A stretch of 64,000 nucleotides of DNA from Felis catus (lineage: Eukaryota): the NCBI RefSeq assembly GCF_018350175.1, contig NC_058368.1:184018001-184082000 (forward strand), in the 5' to 3' direction. Below are positions 26,877 through 38,515 of this stretch, piece after piece. Numbering within the stretch: the first letter of the stretch is position 1; each line of letters starts with the position of its first letter. The notes under the pieces were generated by a model, which was not told the DNA's origin, ran no database searches, and saw only the letters and a list, made by a program, of their open reading frames with translations. The translations under genes were made by a program, and so were the position numbers.

Positions 26877-27365
26877 TGTATCAGTTAAGAAGCTTAAGTT
26901 TGCAAGTAACAGAAAATCCATCCCAAATTAGTTTAAGAAAAGAAACAGTGTTGGTTCATCAAAGCGAAAAGGCCCAACGCTCTCCCACATGGCTTGATCC
27001 AAAGGTTCAGAGGCTGGTTGGTACCCACTGGTACTTTCTTCCAGTTTCGTTCTCATACTCATCCTCCCATATCCAAGTTCTTTTTGACTACTCATCTTGC
27101 CCATCTTATTTCTGTAGCATGGTGCCGAAGTTATCCATTTATTCACTGTGGCCAGAGGCAGTTTAGTGTATTGCTTGATTCATATTTCGTAGTATGTGAA
27201 TCAACATATTCTCTAAACCAGAGGGGCTTCTAGGGAGAGTCCTGGCACTCCCAAGTCTAAATTGTGATTCCAGAGAAACAATGAATGATGGCCAAAACAC
27301 TCTTTCTTGCAAAGACTATAGTCATATATTTGATCCATTACTTGAAGCCAAGGCAACACATCCCC
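26877..27365 (-). mobile_element. Old MLT1 (J/K/L-type) MaLR LTR
   Basis: TGTATCAGTTAAG...TTGCAAGTAACAGAAAATCC...CATGGCTTGATCCAAAGGTTCA. Right boundary uncertain. Confidence 0.6.
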
Positions 27366-27389
27366 CCAAACTTTGAAATAAGCTTGGTT

Positions 27390-27620
27390 TTAGTAATAAA
27401 ATAGATAATATTTATGGAGTGTTTAATTGACACCAGAAACTGAGCTGTATGCTCTATTTTCTTATCACTCACTTTTTAAAAAAGCTAATATAAAACAGTA
27501 ATTGCTACTAGCATCAATTAATGGAAAGCAAACTAAGACAGTTAAGCAAATTGCTTAAGGTCAAATAGATAGGAGAGGCAAGTGGTAGAGAAGTGGAGCC
27601 AAGTTTGAACCCAAGTCATC
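27390..27620 (-). mobile_element. MIR
   Basis: GATAATATTTATGGAGTGTTTA...GTTAAGCAAATTGCTTAAGGTCA...GTTTGAACCCAAGTC. Confidence 0.65.
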
Positions 27621-28544
27621 AATAGAAGATTGTAGGTAAAACATAATTCCATCAGCGTAGAGTCTGTAAAAGCTTAGATAACACATAAGTTCCCTTAAAG
27701 TGTCTCTAAGGGAGTTAAAGTTCTCTTAGAGACTCTCCTTCTTGGTTGAAGATATGATCATCAACCTAAGAAATATATTACTCAAAAGGAGGTTTGGAGG
27801 CCTATGGAAATGTGGGGAAAAGAGACTGCTGAGCAAACACAGACATGGCCATCACAGTAATCGGGAGCCTCACTTATCCAGTCCCAAGGAAAGGGCATTC
27901 CCAATGTAACACAGAAGAGTTAGGGCACTCTTTCCTGACACTCTTAAACTTTCTATTTGTGGAATTCTCTCTGACCTGATTAAGCTGATGTCCTCCAAGA
28001 AACCCTGTAATATTGACCTAGGTTTTTTTTTTATCTACCTTTAAGAAGAAAATGAGGTGGCATAAAGGCTTTGAATATTCCAAATTCAAAATAATTATTT
28101 CCTTTTCTAAATGACAAAGGTACTGTCTGCATTTATACATCACTCTCAGAGGAGCCACTGTCGCATCTTCATTTTTTCTGAGCCTAAAAGGCAAATTCCT
28201 ATACTGGGAAAATTGTCCATAAGGCCTCTTCTGAAGCCTGGAAAAACCCTCTGCATCACTATTTATCTTTCTGTGGGTCTGGAAAGTAAAGTTCAAGAAG
28301 ACATCTAAACTTAAGTAGTGTAAAATGTTAGTAAGCTATGAGACTGGGGTCAAGACTCCAGTTTCCAACCATAATGACTGAGATACAACTTTCTTTCTTT
28401 ATAAATTTTCAATTCCTAAAAATATATACATATTTAATTAAATGTAATATTACGTTCACTAAAATTCATGACGTTTAGTCTAAATAATCAGTCTGAAGAA
28501 GTATCCTTAGAAGTATCCCTGGTTGTTTCTTTAATGAACACATC

Positions 28545-30030
28545 TTATTTTTAAAGAACTTTTAGGTTTATAAAAAAATTGAGTAGGAAGTACAGAGAGT
28601 TTCCATACACCCCCTTCTCCGTCTCAACCTCCTGAACACTTTCACCTATTATTCACACCCTGCATTAGTGTGGAACATTTCTTACAATTAATGAACTAAT
28701 AATGATATATTATTGTAAACTATAGCCCAAAGTCTACATTAGGGTTCATTCTTGGTGTCGTCCATTCTATGGGTTTTGCCAAAAACACAATGTCCTGCAG
28801 CCATAATTTCACCATCAAACAGTAATTTTACTGCACTAAAAATCCCCCTTGCTCTACCTGTTCATCATCTCTCTGCCCTCTCCCATCTGAACCTTGGTGA
28901 CAACTGATCTTTTTACTCTCACCATACTGTCTTTTTTCAGAATATCACATAGTCATAATCATTTACCATGTGTAGCACTTTCAAACTGGCTCTCTTCAAT
29001 TAATAACACGCATTTAAGGCTGCTCCGTGTCTTTTGTGGCTTTATCCAGAAACTGGCTAATTTCTTTGTATCATGGAATATCATTCCATTGTATGAATAT
29101 ACCACACAATGTACACTAGGCAACTTATTTATTCACCTATTGAAAGGCATCTTGGTTGCTCTTCATTTGGGGAAACTTTGCATAAAGCTGTTTTATAAAC
29201 ATTTATGTACAAGATTTTACATGGACATAAGTGTTCAACTTGTATGGGTAAATACCTACAGGCATGATTGCTTCATCATATGGTGAGACTATGTTTAGTA
29301 TTTCAAGAAACTGCCAAACTGTCTTCCTAAATGGCTGTACCATTTTGCATTCCCACCAGCAATGAATGAGAGTTCCTGCTGCTCCACATCTTTGCCAGCA
29401 TTTGGTATTGTCAGTGTTTTGGATTTTAGCCATTCTAATAGGTGTGTAGTGCTATCTTATTGTTGAATTTACAATTCCTTCATGACATATGATGTTGATC
29501 ATCCTTTCATATGCTTATTTTCCATTTCCATATTTCAAGAGGTATCTCTTGAGATCTTTTGCCCAATTCTTAGTTGGGTTGTTTGTTTTCCTATTGTTGA
29601 GTTTCAAGAACTCCTAGCATATTTCAGACACAAGTCCTGTATCAGATATGTGCTTTGCAAATATTTTCTCCCATCTGTGGCATGTCTTTTCATCCTCTTA
29701 ACAGTGTCTTTCACGAAGCAGTTTTAAATGTTAATCAAGTCCATTTTATCGATTTTTTTCTTTCATGGATTATACATTTGGTGGTATATTTAACACTTCA
29801 TTGTCAAACCAATGCCACCTAGATTTTCTCTATTTTATCCTCCAGAAGTTTTATAGTTTTGTATTTTACATTTACGTCTATTGCCCTTTTTGAGTTAATA
29901 TTTAAGCAAGTTGTAAGGTCAGTGTGTGAATTCATTTTTTGCATCTTGTTCCAGTAACATTTGTTTAAAAGACCATCCATTCTCCATAGAACTGCTTTTT
30001 CTCCTTTTCTAAAAGCTCAGTGGATTCTAC
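28545..30030 (-). mobile_element. L1MC1/2-like 3' end with ORF2 C-terminus
   Basis: ORF 29203-29433 (KCWQRCGAAGTLIHCWWECKMVQP) is the L1 ORF2 cysteine-rich domain; L1MC-type 3' UTR follows. Confidence 0.9.
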
Positions 30031-30049
30031 ATGATTTTTTCCAAATCCA

Positions 30050-30560
30050 TTTTTCTTTTTTTTCGAGTTTTATTTAAATTCCAGCTAGTTAATATACAGT
30101 GTAATATTAGTTTCAGGTGTAGAATTTATTGATTCCCCACTTACATACAACATCCAGTGTGCATCACGAGTGACTTCCCTAATACCTGTCACCCATTTAG
30201 GCCATCCCCCCCACCCATCACCCCTCCAGCAATGTTCAGTTTGTTCTCTACAGTTAAGAGTCTGTTTTCTGTTTGTCTCTCTTTTTTCTCCCAATGTTCC
30301 CCCTATGTTCATTCTTAAATTCCACACGTAAGTGAAATCATGGTATTTATCTTTCTCTGACTTACTTGGCCTAGCATAATACTCTCTAGCTCCATCCACA
30401 CCACTACAAACGGCAAGATTTCCTTCTTTTTATGGCTGAGTAATATTCCATCGTTTTATATATACCACATCTTTTAAATCCATTCATCAGTCAATGGACA
30501 TTTGGACTCTCTCCATAATTTGGCTACTGTTGATAAGGCTGCTATAAACGCTAGGTTGCA
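30050..30560 (-). mobile_element. Carnivore L1 3' end
   Basis: Antisense CCTGAAACTAATATTACACTGTATATTAACTAGCTGGAATTTAAATAAA plus T-tract. Confidence 0.9.
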
Positions 30561-31487
30561 TTATTCATGATCATTTTTTAATAAGAAAAGGGTTAGGTTT
30601 GTTTCTTGACAACTGTGTGAATGAATATACGGTGCACTGCACTACTATTACTCAGACTATCTACCTGAAGTTAATGCAATCCAATTGAAATCATTTACAT
30701 TTTAAAATGAGCTACAATTGAACAATGACTCCATCATAACCACACTGGTCAATTCTTATTAAAATGAACAATATCCGTCATATTCCATGCAGGAATAGTA
30801 TGCTCTATTCACTCATTTCTTCACTGTTCCACATTTATGTGCAAAATAAACAGTATTCAAACAAGTCTTGACTGTGGATATTAGCCACAAAATAGTAATT
30901 CTCACTATGCATAGTTACTAAAGAACACTTAGAAGTTTGAACACATCCAAGGTATTGTCTTCGATAGTCAGGAAGTCACAAGGCTGTTTAGGTGGGATAT
31001 GATAAAAAAGAGAGATAGCAAGCAATCAGTACAGGTTATTGGGGCTTTGTTTATGTTTTTTCTTCTCCCTTTCTCTTCCTCTGGTTTTTGATTTCATTTG
31101 CATAATTAACTCATGATGAAGTGAATCGTGAATCCTGAAGATATTAGCATTGCAGCATCGATCAAGCTGTGCAAATCAGAACCCAGTAATTAAAATACAT
31201 ATAGATAGATATATGGAAATGTTATAAATTACAGCTTCACAAACTCAACATTATTTTAGAACTAATGAATTAGCACCTGGAAGGACAGGTGACAGATGAG
31301 AGTGACGAGAAATGAGTTGTACTGTGCTGTTCAAGTTCACGCCTAACACAATTCCTTTTCTTTTGAAAAACATTCTGGCTTCTCTATGAAACTTTTACTG
31401 TAATATAATTGAACTTACAGACCCCTAATAATATTTTGCTTGTGTTATTAAGTTCCTTACAGTGATCCTTCTCACCATTAAATGTCT

Positions 31488-31673
31488 TCAAGTCTAGCCA
31501 CATAATGTGAGTCCCAGTGCAAAATGAAAATGCAGGTTAGTGTTCAGAATTTCAAGTTTAAGTATTACTGAGAATTTCAAGATGGCAAGAGAGCAGTAAA
31601 CCAAGCACGAGGCCCTTCTAAGTATGCAGCCCTGTCCAACTGTGCACATCACTCATTGATAAGGCCAGCCCTG
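31488..31673 (-). mobile_element. MER91A-like hAT-Tip100 relic
   Basis: CCCAGTGCAAAATGAAAATGC...GAATTTCAAGATGGC...TAAACCAAGC...GGCCAGCCCTG; homologous to 7118-7289. Confidence 0.8.
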
Positions 31674-31711
31674 TCCATCTGAAAACATTAGGTTATAGAA
31701 TTCATACTTTA

Positions 31712-31930
31712 GGGGTGCCTGGGTGGCTCAGTTGGTTAAGCGTCCGACTTCAGCTCAGGTCATGACCTCACAGTTTGTGAGTTTGAGCTCCGGGTCGGGC
31801 TCTGTGCTGACAGTTCAGAGCCTGGAGCCTGCTTCAGATTCTGTGTCTCCCTCTCTCTCTCCCCCACTTACACTCTGTCTCTGTCTCTCTCTCAAGAATA
31901 AATAAACACTAAAAACAATTTTTTTAAAAA
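31712..31930 (+). mobile_element. CanSINE
   Basis: TSD AGAATTCATACT. Confidence 0.96.
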
Positions 31931-33074
31931 AGAATTCATACTCATTCTCACCCCACTCAGTATTAATATGTCCTTTCTCCAAAGCCTCATGGCATTTTAC
32001 TACATTGTATCTCCTGTTTTCACACATTCCTGCACATTCATCTACCTCTATCTTCCCTAGCATTCCCTCAAACATGATTCCACCAACAGTCACAATTGGG
32101 AATTTTCAAAATATCTAAGTTTTAAGTTAAAAATTGATGTGTTGTAACCCCTTAAGCGGCTGGATTTTACCACTTGGATGATCATGATGTCACTGCTATC
32201 CTATTTACAAACAGGGCAATGCTTAAGTCAAATAACAGGTCTGATTTTTAAAGACAATGTGTTTTATCTTCCATTAACAGTTCTTTTAGAGGATGGAGCA
32301 TTTCTCTTCCTTTTTTTCCCCGAAGAGATTTATATGGATTTTTCTTAGAAAGATGTGTACTTACACTAAAAATGAGTTGTGTACAGAAGACTTACTCATT
32401 TCCTGACACTTTTTTTTTTTTCACTTATAAAATCATCATTTTCCATCTGGGGTTGTGGTGTGCAGCTACCAATACTTCCCACTGACAGCTCACCCCAAAA
32501 TGGCCTCATATTGCCATTATTAAAACATCTGGTATATATAGTTTTTACTTATGAAAAGCAGGCCTTAAAATTACTAATGACTAAAGATAAGAGAGGGCAC
32601 TTAAATAACTGACACATGTGCTGATGGCCCAGGAAGGAATACATAGATGTAATGGCACTTATTCAATAAATATTCAGTGACTGCTTTCTAACTACAAAGG
32701 TACCTTGTAATTAAGTTGCAAAAAAATAAAAATAAAAAAGATACATGGCTCCTTCCCTCAGAGAGCTTGCATTCTAATGTTCAGATAAAGTGCTTTAAGA
32801 GAGACTAATAAATTCTATGCAGTGAAATTCTGGGGGCAGAGAAAGCAAATTATGGCCATGTGCTTGTCTGGAAGTCTAGAGAAGGTTTCACTGTGCCAAT
32901 AAATTTTACTTACGTGATTTTATTTATTTTATTTATGGGTATATGTGCAAATAAATTTTAAAGCTGACAAAGAGCCTGCCGGGCCACATTGGGGGGTGGA
33001 AGGAGAAGGTTCCGAATTGAAGCTCCCCCTCTGGGGAAAACAGAACTTCCAATTTATCAATGTTAAATTATGTA

Positions 33075-33620
33075 TCCTCATGTTCTTGGTCGGTTACCAG
33101 CCTGGGTCACCCATTTCTCTTTGACACAGGGTTTTATTTGGTTTCAGGGCACGACATTCTGCTGGTTCTTCTCTATCTCACTGATGCTTCACTGGAGCTT
33201 CCTCTTCTCTTTAACTCTTAATGTCAAGCACTCAAAATTTAATCCTTGTTTTTTTTTCTCTTTTCCACAGTCGCCTTATGACCTTATCAGCCTCATGGCA
33301 TTCACCAGCATCTCAGTCTAAATGATTCCTAGCTTTCTATCTCTAGCACAGGCCTCTCTACCATATCCATGTCTATCATATGTCCAAATGCCTCTCTCCA
33401 TTTTTCCAGTTGGCTATCTAACGAACAACATTATCTCAACAATGGCCCAAACTGAAATCTCAATTCCCTTGACCTGATGACCTGACCCTGCTCGAAATAC
33501 ACCCTTTCCATACCAGCTTTATCATTATAAAGACCTTAGAGCTGTATTTGAATTATTTTTTTTTTCACACACCACATCTAATCTGTTAAGAAGCCCACTG
33601 GCTCTAATTGAAAATACTTC
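33075..33620 (+). mobile_element. L2, left part (continues at 39665)
   Basis: Ends CCACATCTAATC...GGCTCTAATTGAAAATA, which in the L2 consensus is followed by CAGAATCTGACC. Confidence 0.8.
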
Positions 33621-33629
33621 ATGGAGCCA

Positions 33630-34313
33630 AATAAAAAAGAGAGCAAAAACAACGGACAGTTCACAGAAATAGAACAGCTAATGGCCCTTCAATGTTTAAA
33701 AAAAGATGTTCAATGTCACTCATAATAAGTTAAGTGAAAATTAAAACTTCATTGAGATACTATTTCTCATACATCAAGTTGGAAAACATTCAAAAACTTG
33801 ACAGCACAGTCTGTTGTCAAGGCTATGGACAAACTGGAACGTTCATGTGGTTGACATTGGCAGTGTGAAATGGTACGGTCTATGTGAAGTAGCATTTTGC
33901 AATATTAAACAGAATTACAGGTATGTTTCCTTTTTGGCTCAATAATTCTACTTCTAGAGGTGATACATCTCTACTCTGGGAATAATATATCTCATATATC
34001 TCACAAGCCAGTTATTATTCAGTTACAAAAGACTGAAAACAATCCAAATGCCCATCAATAAGAGATCGGTTGGATAAATGATGGCATATGTACATAATGA
34101 AATACTGTATAGTTACAAAACAGATTAAGGAAAATGTCATGCATGGATATTGTGCTAGTGTGTTTCTGTGTATGTGTGATTTAAGTAAAATTAGCAAAGT
34201 GCAGAACAGTGCATATACTATGCTATTTTTGTTTAAAGAAGAAAAATAAGATGCAAAAAGAAACACAAGAAGAATAAGGCAGAAGCTAATTTTTAAAAAA
34301 TGGCTATCTATAG
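33630..34313 (+). mobile_element. Old L1M (MC/MD/ME-type) ORF2 end and 3' UTR, left part
   Basis: AAAAGATGTTCAATGTCACTCATAATAAG...GAAAACAATCCAAATGCCCATCAATAAG. Confidence 0.82.
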
Positions 34314-34385
34314 CCAAATTAGCAAACTGTGGCCCACAGGCCAAGTATAGCCTGCTGCATGTTTTTTGTAAATTAAGTTTTACAG
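34314..34385 (+). mobile_element. MER58A hAT element, left part
   Basis: GCAAACTGTGGCCCACAGGCCAAG...TGTTTTTTGTAAATTAAGTTTTA; TSD ATCTATAG at 34306-34313. Confidence 0.85.
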
Positions 34386-34890
34386 TGTGAAAATAAATAA
34401 AGGAAACCTCATTTAAATGCAGTCAGGAAGTCCTGAAGAGGGAGCTCTCATGCACATACCTCTCATTATGTCCTACATAACCAGCAGGAAAAAGGAAGGA
34501 AAGAATTATACTGACAAGAGAGGGCATTTTTCACAAAGGGATTTCATCTCCTGCATTCAAGAAAAAGAAGGAAGATCCCTCTCTGTCTCTGCAACAATGT
34601 GCTAACCACTGTCTGCAGCCAATGAGAAGCAGCCACAACTTTAAACTCTAATTCTTCCCCAGTAAACTTCTGTTCAAAACAGCCCTCCCAAATTTCCTTC
34701 TGAAAACTAAAAGCTGACCTTCCCTTTGTCTCTGCAGACCTGCCTATGGTTCACCATAGCTTGCACATGCCAACTTGCAATTCCTCTGCTATTCCCCAAT
34801 AAACTTGTTTTGCTAGCAAAAAAAATAAATAAGAAAATAAAAATAAAAATTAAAACCAAAAACTTAGCTATTTTATTTTTAAGGATGACA
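34386..34890 (+). mobile_element. 5' LTR of a class I (ERV1) provirus
   Basis: TG...CA ends, CAGCCAATGAG CCAAT box, AATAAA at ~34798, clear homology to 37770-38424. Confidence 0.88.
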
Positions 34891-34895
34891 TTACA

Positions 34896-34914
34896 TGGTG
34901 ATCAGAAGTGAGAT
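34896..34914 (+). other. Primer-binding site, tRNA-Leu type
   Basis: TGGTGATCAGAAGTGAGAT versus the expected TGGTGTCAGAAGTGGGAT (one insertion, one mismatch), 5 nt after the LTR. Confidence 0.8.
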
Positions 34915-35660
34915 TCAAAAACAGAGAAACTATCAACAAGTGTTTTTGACGTTGAGCTATCTTTGGGTTCTTCCAGAAGGTCCTGGAACATCTCAAAATA
35001 TGTGTTCTCTCTCCTTGTAAAAGAGCAATATTAAACTAATTAGGCTTAGTTAACATGTTAAATTACATGGGACACATTGTGAAATAAGAATACTCAGGCT
35101 CCCTTACGTTACATCTGTATAGGTATGTAAATGTTCCAGAACTTGAGTGACATTCCTAGAAATCTGGTATGACCTGATAGAATGTTTTCAGTCATCATTT
35201 TAAAATTTACATCACAAAAATAAGCAAATCCTTGTGACAATTCCATGATAAGAAGCTCTCATCAGATATTTAATAATAGGTACTTAAGTGTTTTGTTACT
35301 TATAGACAGTTATTGTTTCATACTGATGCTTTTACAAATGTGTTTTATCTACCAAGAAATTCACGAAAAGGACTCTGGAAGGTACTCTGGAATACAGGTA
35401 ACTTTAAGGTGATACACTGAATTTGATCTAAGGAAATTGTTTCTCTTAAGCTATCTATGATTTATAGCAATTTGGTAAAATTTTTGTGAACAAAGATGAA
35501 ATGTTTTCTTTTTCCTACCTGATCCCTACAGAATTTGGAAAATCTTGAGTACTTTTTTTAAATGGCAATATAGTTCATTATTCGCAGAAGTTCAATAAAA
35601 ATCCACTCTTCTTTCTGATAGGCCACTGCCTCCTCTACAGCTAAGATCTCATTAGGATCT

Positions 35661-36915
35661 TTTCACTGTGCCTACCACCCTCAATGAATGTACTAATAGC
35701 ATCATTAACACTCAATTAGGAAAATTCGTAGAAACCCTTCAACTACTCTGGCCAAAAGCACTGCCATTAGTTCTTCTAAATCTCACATCTATCCTTTTTG
35801 GTTGGAATATAAACTGGTGCATCCAACATGGACAGCAGCATTGAGGTTCCTCAAAAAGTTAAAAATAGAACTGCCATATGACCCAGTAATTACACTTCTG
35901 GGTATTTATTTAAAGATAAAAACACAACTTTGAAAAATACACTCACTTCCATGTTCACTGCAACTTATTTATAATATCTAAGATATTGAAATGACCTAAG
36001 TATCCAAGGACAAATGAATGAATAAAGAAGATGTAAGATATAGATAGATAGATAGATAGATACATACATACATAGATACATAGATAGATATACTGGAATA
36101 TTACTCGCCATAGCAAATAATGGAATCTTGCCATTTGTGACAACAGGGATGGACCTAGAGGGTATTATGCTAAGTGAAATAAGACATACAGATGAAGAAA
36201 ATACTGTATGATTTCATTTATGCATGGAACCTAAAAAATAAAACAACAAGCTAAACAAATCAGAGAAAAGACTCATAGATCCAGGAAAGGAACTGTTGGT
36301 TACCAGAAGGGGGAGGAGAGAAAGTAAAATAGGTGAAGGAGATTAAGAGGTACAAACTTCCAGCTATAAAATAAATGTCATGGGTATTTAATGAACAGCA
36401 CAGGGAATATAGTCAATAATATTACAATAACTATGTACAGTGAAGATGATAACTACACTTACTGTGGGGATCATTTTGCAACGTATAAAGATAACAAATC
36501 ACTATGATGTCTACCAAAAACTATTACATGTCATTATATTCCAATAAAAAAAATACTCTCGTTCTGAGATAATCACAGGATGCCCAATGCACCTGGATTC
36601 TGCTTTTGACCCATACTTGACAAAGGAAGTAAATTTTAATATTGTAAGGGCTTAATTGCTTCTGTTGAAAAATACCATGCTTTGGTAGAGCAATTTCTTT
36701 GCAGCACATTCCCAGGAAACAAAGACCTTAAGCATCAATCACACCTTACAACCCCAGAGATTATGTCTACTAAAAAAACAGAAACAAAGCCTCCAAAAGC
36801 CTCTCTTCAACGCTGTTGGAAAAGCCCTATCAGGTACTGTTAACAACCTCTGTGCTACCAAACTCCAAGTAATAGATTCTTGGGTTCACATATCACATAT
36901 GAAGAAAGTACCAAA
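35661..36915 (+). pseudogene. pol: ERV integrase remnant, split by an L1 insertion
   Basis: FHCAYHPQ (35661-35684), then ECTNSIINTQLGKFVETLQLLWPKALPLVLLNL. After the L1: EIITGCPMHL and the GPY/F region PYQVLLT...DSWVHISHMKK, with frameshifts. Confidence 0.88.
35801..36555 (+). mobile_element. L1 3' end (L1MA9/carnivore-like) inside the ERV integrase, containing a (GATA)n/(CATA)n tract
   Basis: GAGGTTCCTCAAAAAGTTAAAAATAGAACTGCCATATGACCCAG...GGAGATTAAGAGGTACAAACTTCCAG...AATAAAAAAA. Confidence 0.92.
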
Positions 36916-36978
36916 GGCCGACTGAACCTGCACACCAACTGGTGACCTGAATGTGAAGATTTCCAGGAATTAAAGCAG

Positions 36979-37345
36979 ATGACAGCTAAAAGAGACAACT
37001 TTCCCAAAATGACCAGGTCAGAACTGCATACCTTTTTCTCACTGCTGCTTACCTTGTTTTTGCCCTCTTTCTCTTGGAGACACAATGCTCTGATCCGCAT
37101 TTCTCAGTCTATTGCAAAAGACGAAAATCTGACTGTTGGGTCTGTCACTGGAAACGTCACTCTGTTCACATGGTCAGAGGACAACGTCCTTGGTCTTAGC
37201 TGTAACTCATTTCTCTTTATTCCCAAATGCCACTGCCAATTATACCCACAAGCCTATGGATGTTACTTACCAGGTTAGGTTATTAGGACCAGGTGTTTCC
37301 ATACCTTGTTTCAACCTTTCCCCGGTTGTAACCATATTAGCTTAG
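36979..37345 (+). pseudogene. env: ERV env SU N-terminal remnant
   Basis: Hydrophobic signal-like FFSLLLTLFLPSFSW, then NALIRISQSIA..NLT, a frameshifted DCWVCH (CXXC at 37134-37145), and downstream N-glycosylation sequons NAT/NYT/NLS. It lies right after integrase. Confidence 0.75.
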
Positions 37346-37491
37346 CTGAATGCCTCCATTTACCAATGGTGAAATTGTTGCCCCACCATGTACTTTTTCT
37401 TATCTAACTGTTATCTGTCTTCCTGAATCTAAGGGAAGTACAAATGGGTTTACACTTCTTTGCAAGGTTTTAAAAAAAAAAGTCCCCTTTA

Positions 37492-37716
37492 GGGGGAACC
37501 TGGGTGGCTCAGTTGGTTAAGCTTCCGACTTCGGCTCAGATCATGATCTCCCTGTCTGTGAGTTCAAGCCCCACATCCAGTTCTGTGCTGACAGCTCAGA
37601 GCCTGGGGCCTGCTTCGGATTCTGTGTCTCCCTCTTTCTCTGCCCCTCATGCTGGTGCTCTGTCTCTCTCTCTTTCTCAAAAATAAACAAACATTAAAGA
37701 AGAAACAAAAAAACTT
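37492..37716 (+). mobile_element. CanSINE
   Basis: TSD AAAAAGTCCCCTTTAGG. Confidence 0.96.
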
Positions 37717-37769
37717 AAAAAGTCCCCTTTAGGAAGCAATGGCCTCCCCAAAACTGCTATTCCACCCCA

Positions 37770-38424
37770 TGGCTTGAGTCAGGAAGCCGTGAAGGGGGAG
37801 CTTTCATACATGTACCACTTCTTGCAGTCTGCATAACCAGCAGGAAGAAAAAAAGCAACAACTATTGTGACAAGAGAGAACTTTTTTTCTACAGGAGTTT
37901 CATCTTCTGTTTTTTAAAATGTTTGTTTATTTTTGAGAGATAGAGACACAGTGTGAGTGGGGGAGGGGTAGAGAGAGAGGGAGACACAGACTCTGAAGCA
38001 GGCTCCAGGCTCTGAGCTGTCAGCACACAGCCCGATGCAGGGCTCAAATTCATAAACTGTAAGATCACCACCTGAGCTGAAGGCAGATGCTTAACCAACT
38101 GAGCCACCCAGGTGCCCCACATCTCTTGCTTTTAAGAAAAAGAAGATCCCTTCTTACCTCTGCAACTAAATACTAACCACTGTTTTCAGCCAATGAGAAA
38201 CCACCACCACCTTGAACTCTTTTTCTTTTCCAATGATACTGGTTCTAAACAGCCCTCCCCAATTTCCTCCTGAAAGCTAGGTCTCTCCTTCCCTTTGTCT
38301 CTTTGGACTTGCCTATGGTTCACTAACCACAGCTTGCGTGTGCCAACTTGCAACTCCTCCGCTATTCCTGAATAACCTCATTTTGCTAGTAAAATAAGTG
38401 GCTGTTTCATTTTTAAGGTTGACA
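37770..38424 (+). mobile_element. 3' LTR of the ERV (5' end missing, split by a SINE)
   Basis: Shares AGTCAGGAAG, CATAACCAGCAGGAA, CAGCCAATGAGAA, CCTTCCCTTTGTCTCT, TGCCAACTTGCAA and terminal TTTTTAAGG.TGACA with the 5' LTR. Confidence 0.88.
37910..38118 (-). mobile_element. CanSINE in the 3' LTR
   Basis: Full antisense body; absent from the 5' LTR. Confidence 0.95.
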
Positions 38425-38515
38425 GCTGTAATACAGCATCCCCATTTATTTGCGTAAGGCCTGCAACACCTAACATATTTATTCTCTGGCCCTTCGCAAA
38501 TTTTGTCAAACCCTG
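38425..38515 (+). mobile_element. MER58A, right part
   Basis: CCTAACATATTTATTCTCTGGCCCTT...TTTGTCAAACCCTG; TSD TTCTATAG at 38516-38523. Confidence 0.85.

Noticed and set aside
32176..32246. Possible C/D snoRNA (ATGATGT ... CTGA)
   Set aside because: Imperfect C box, no terminal stem and no recognisable rRNA/snRNA guide.
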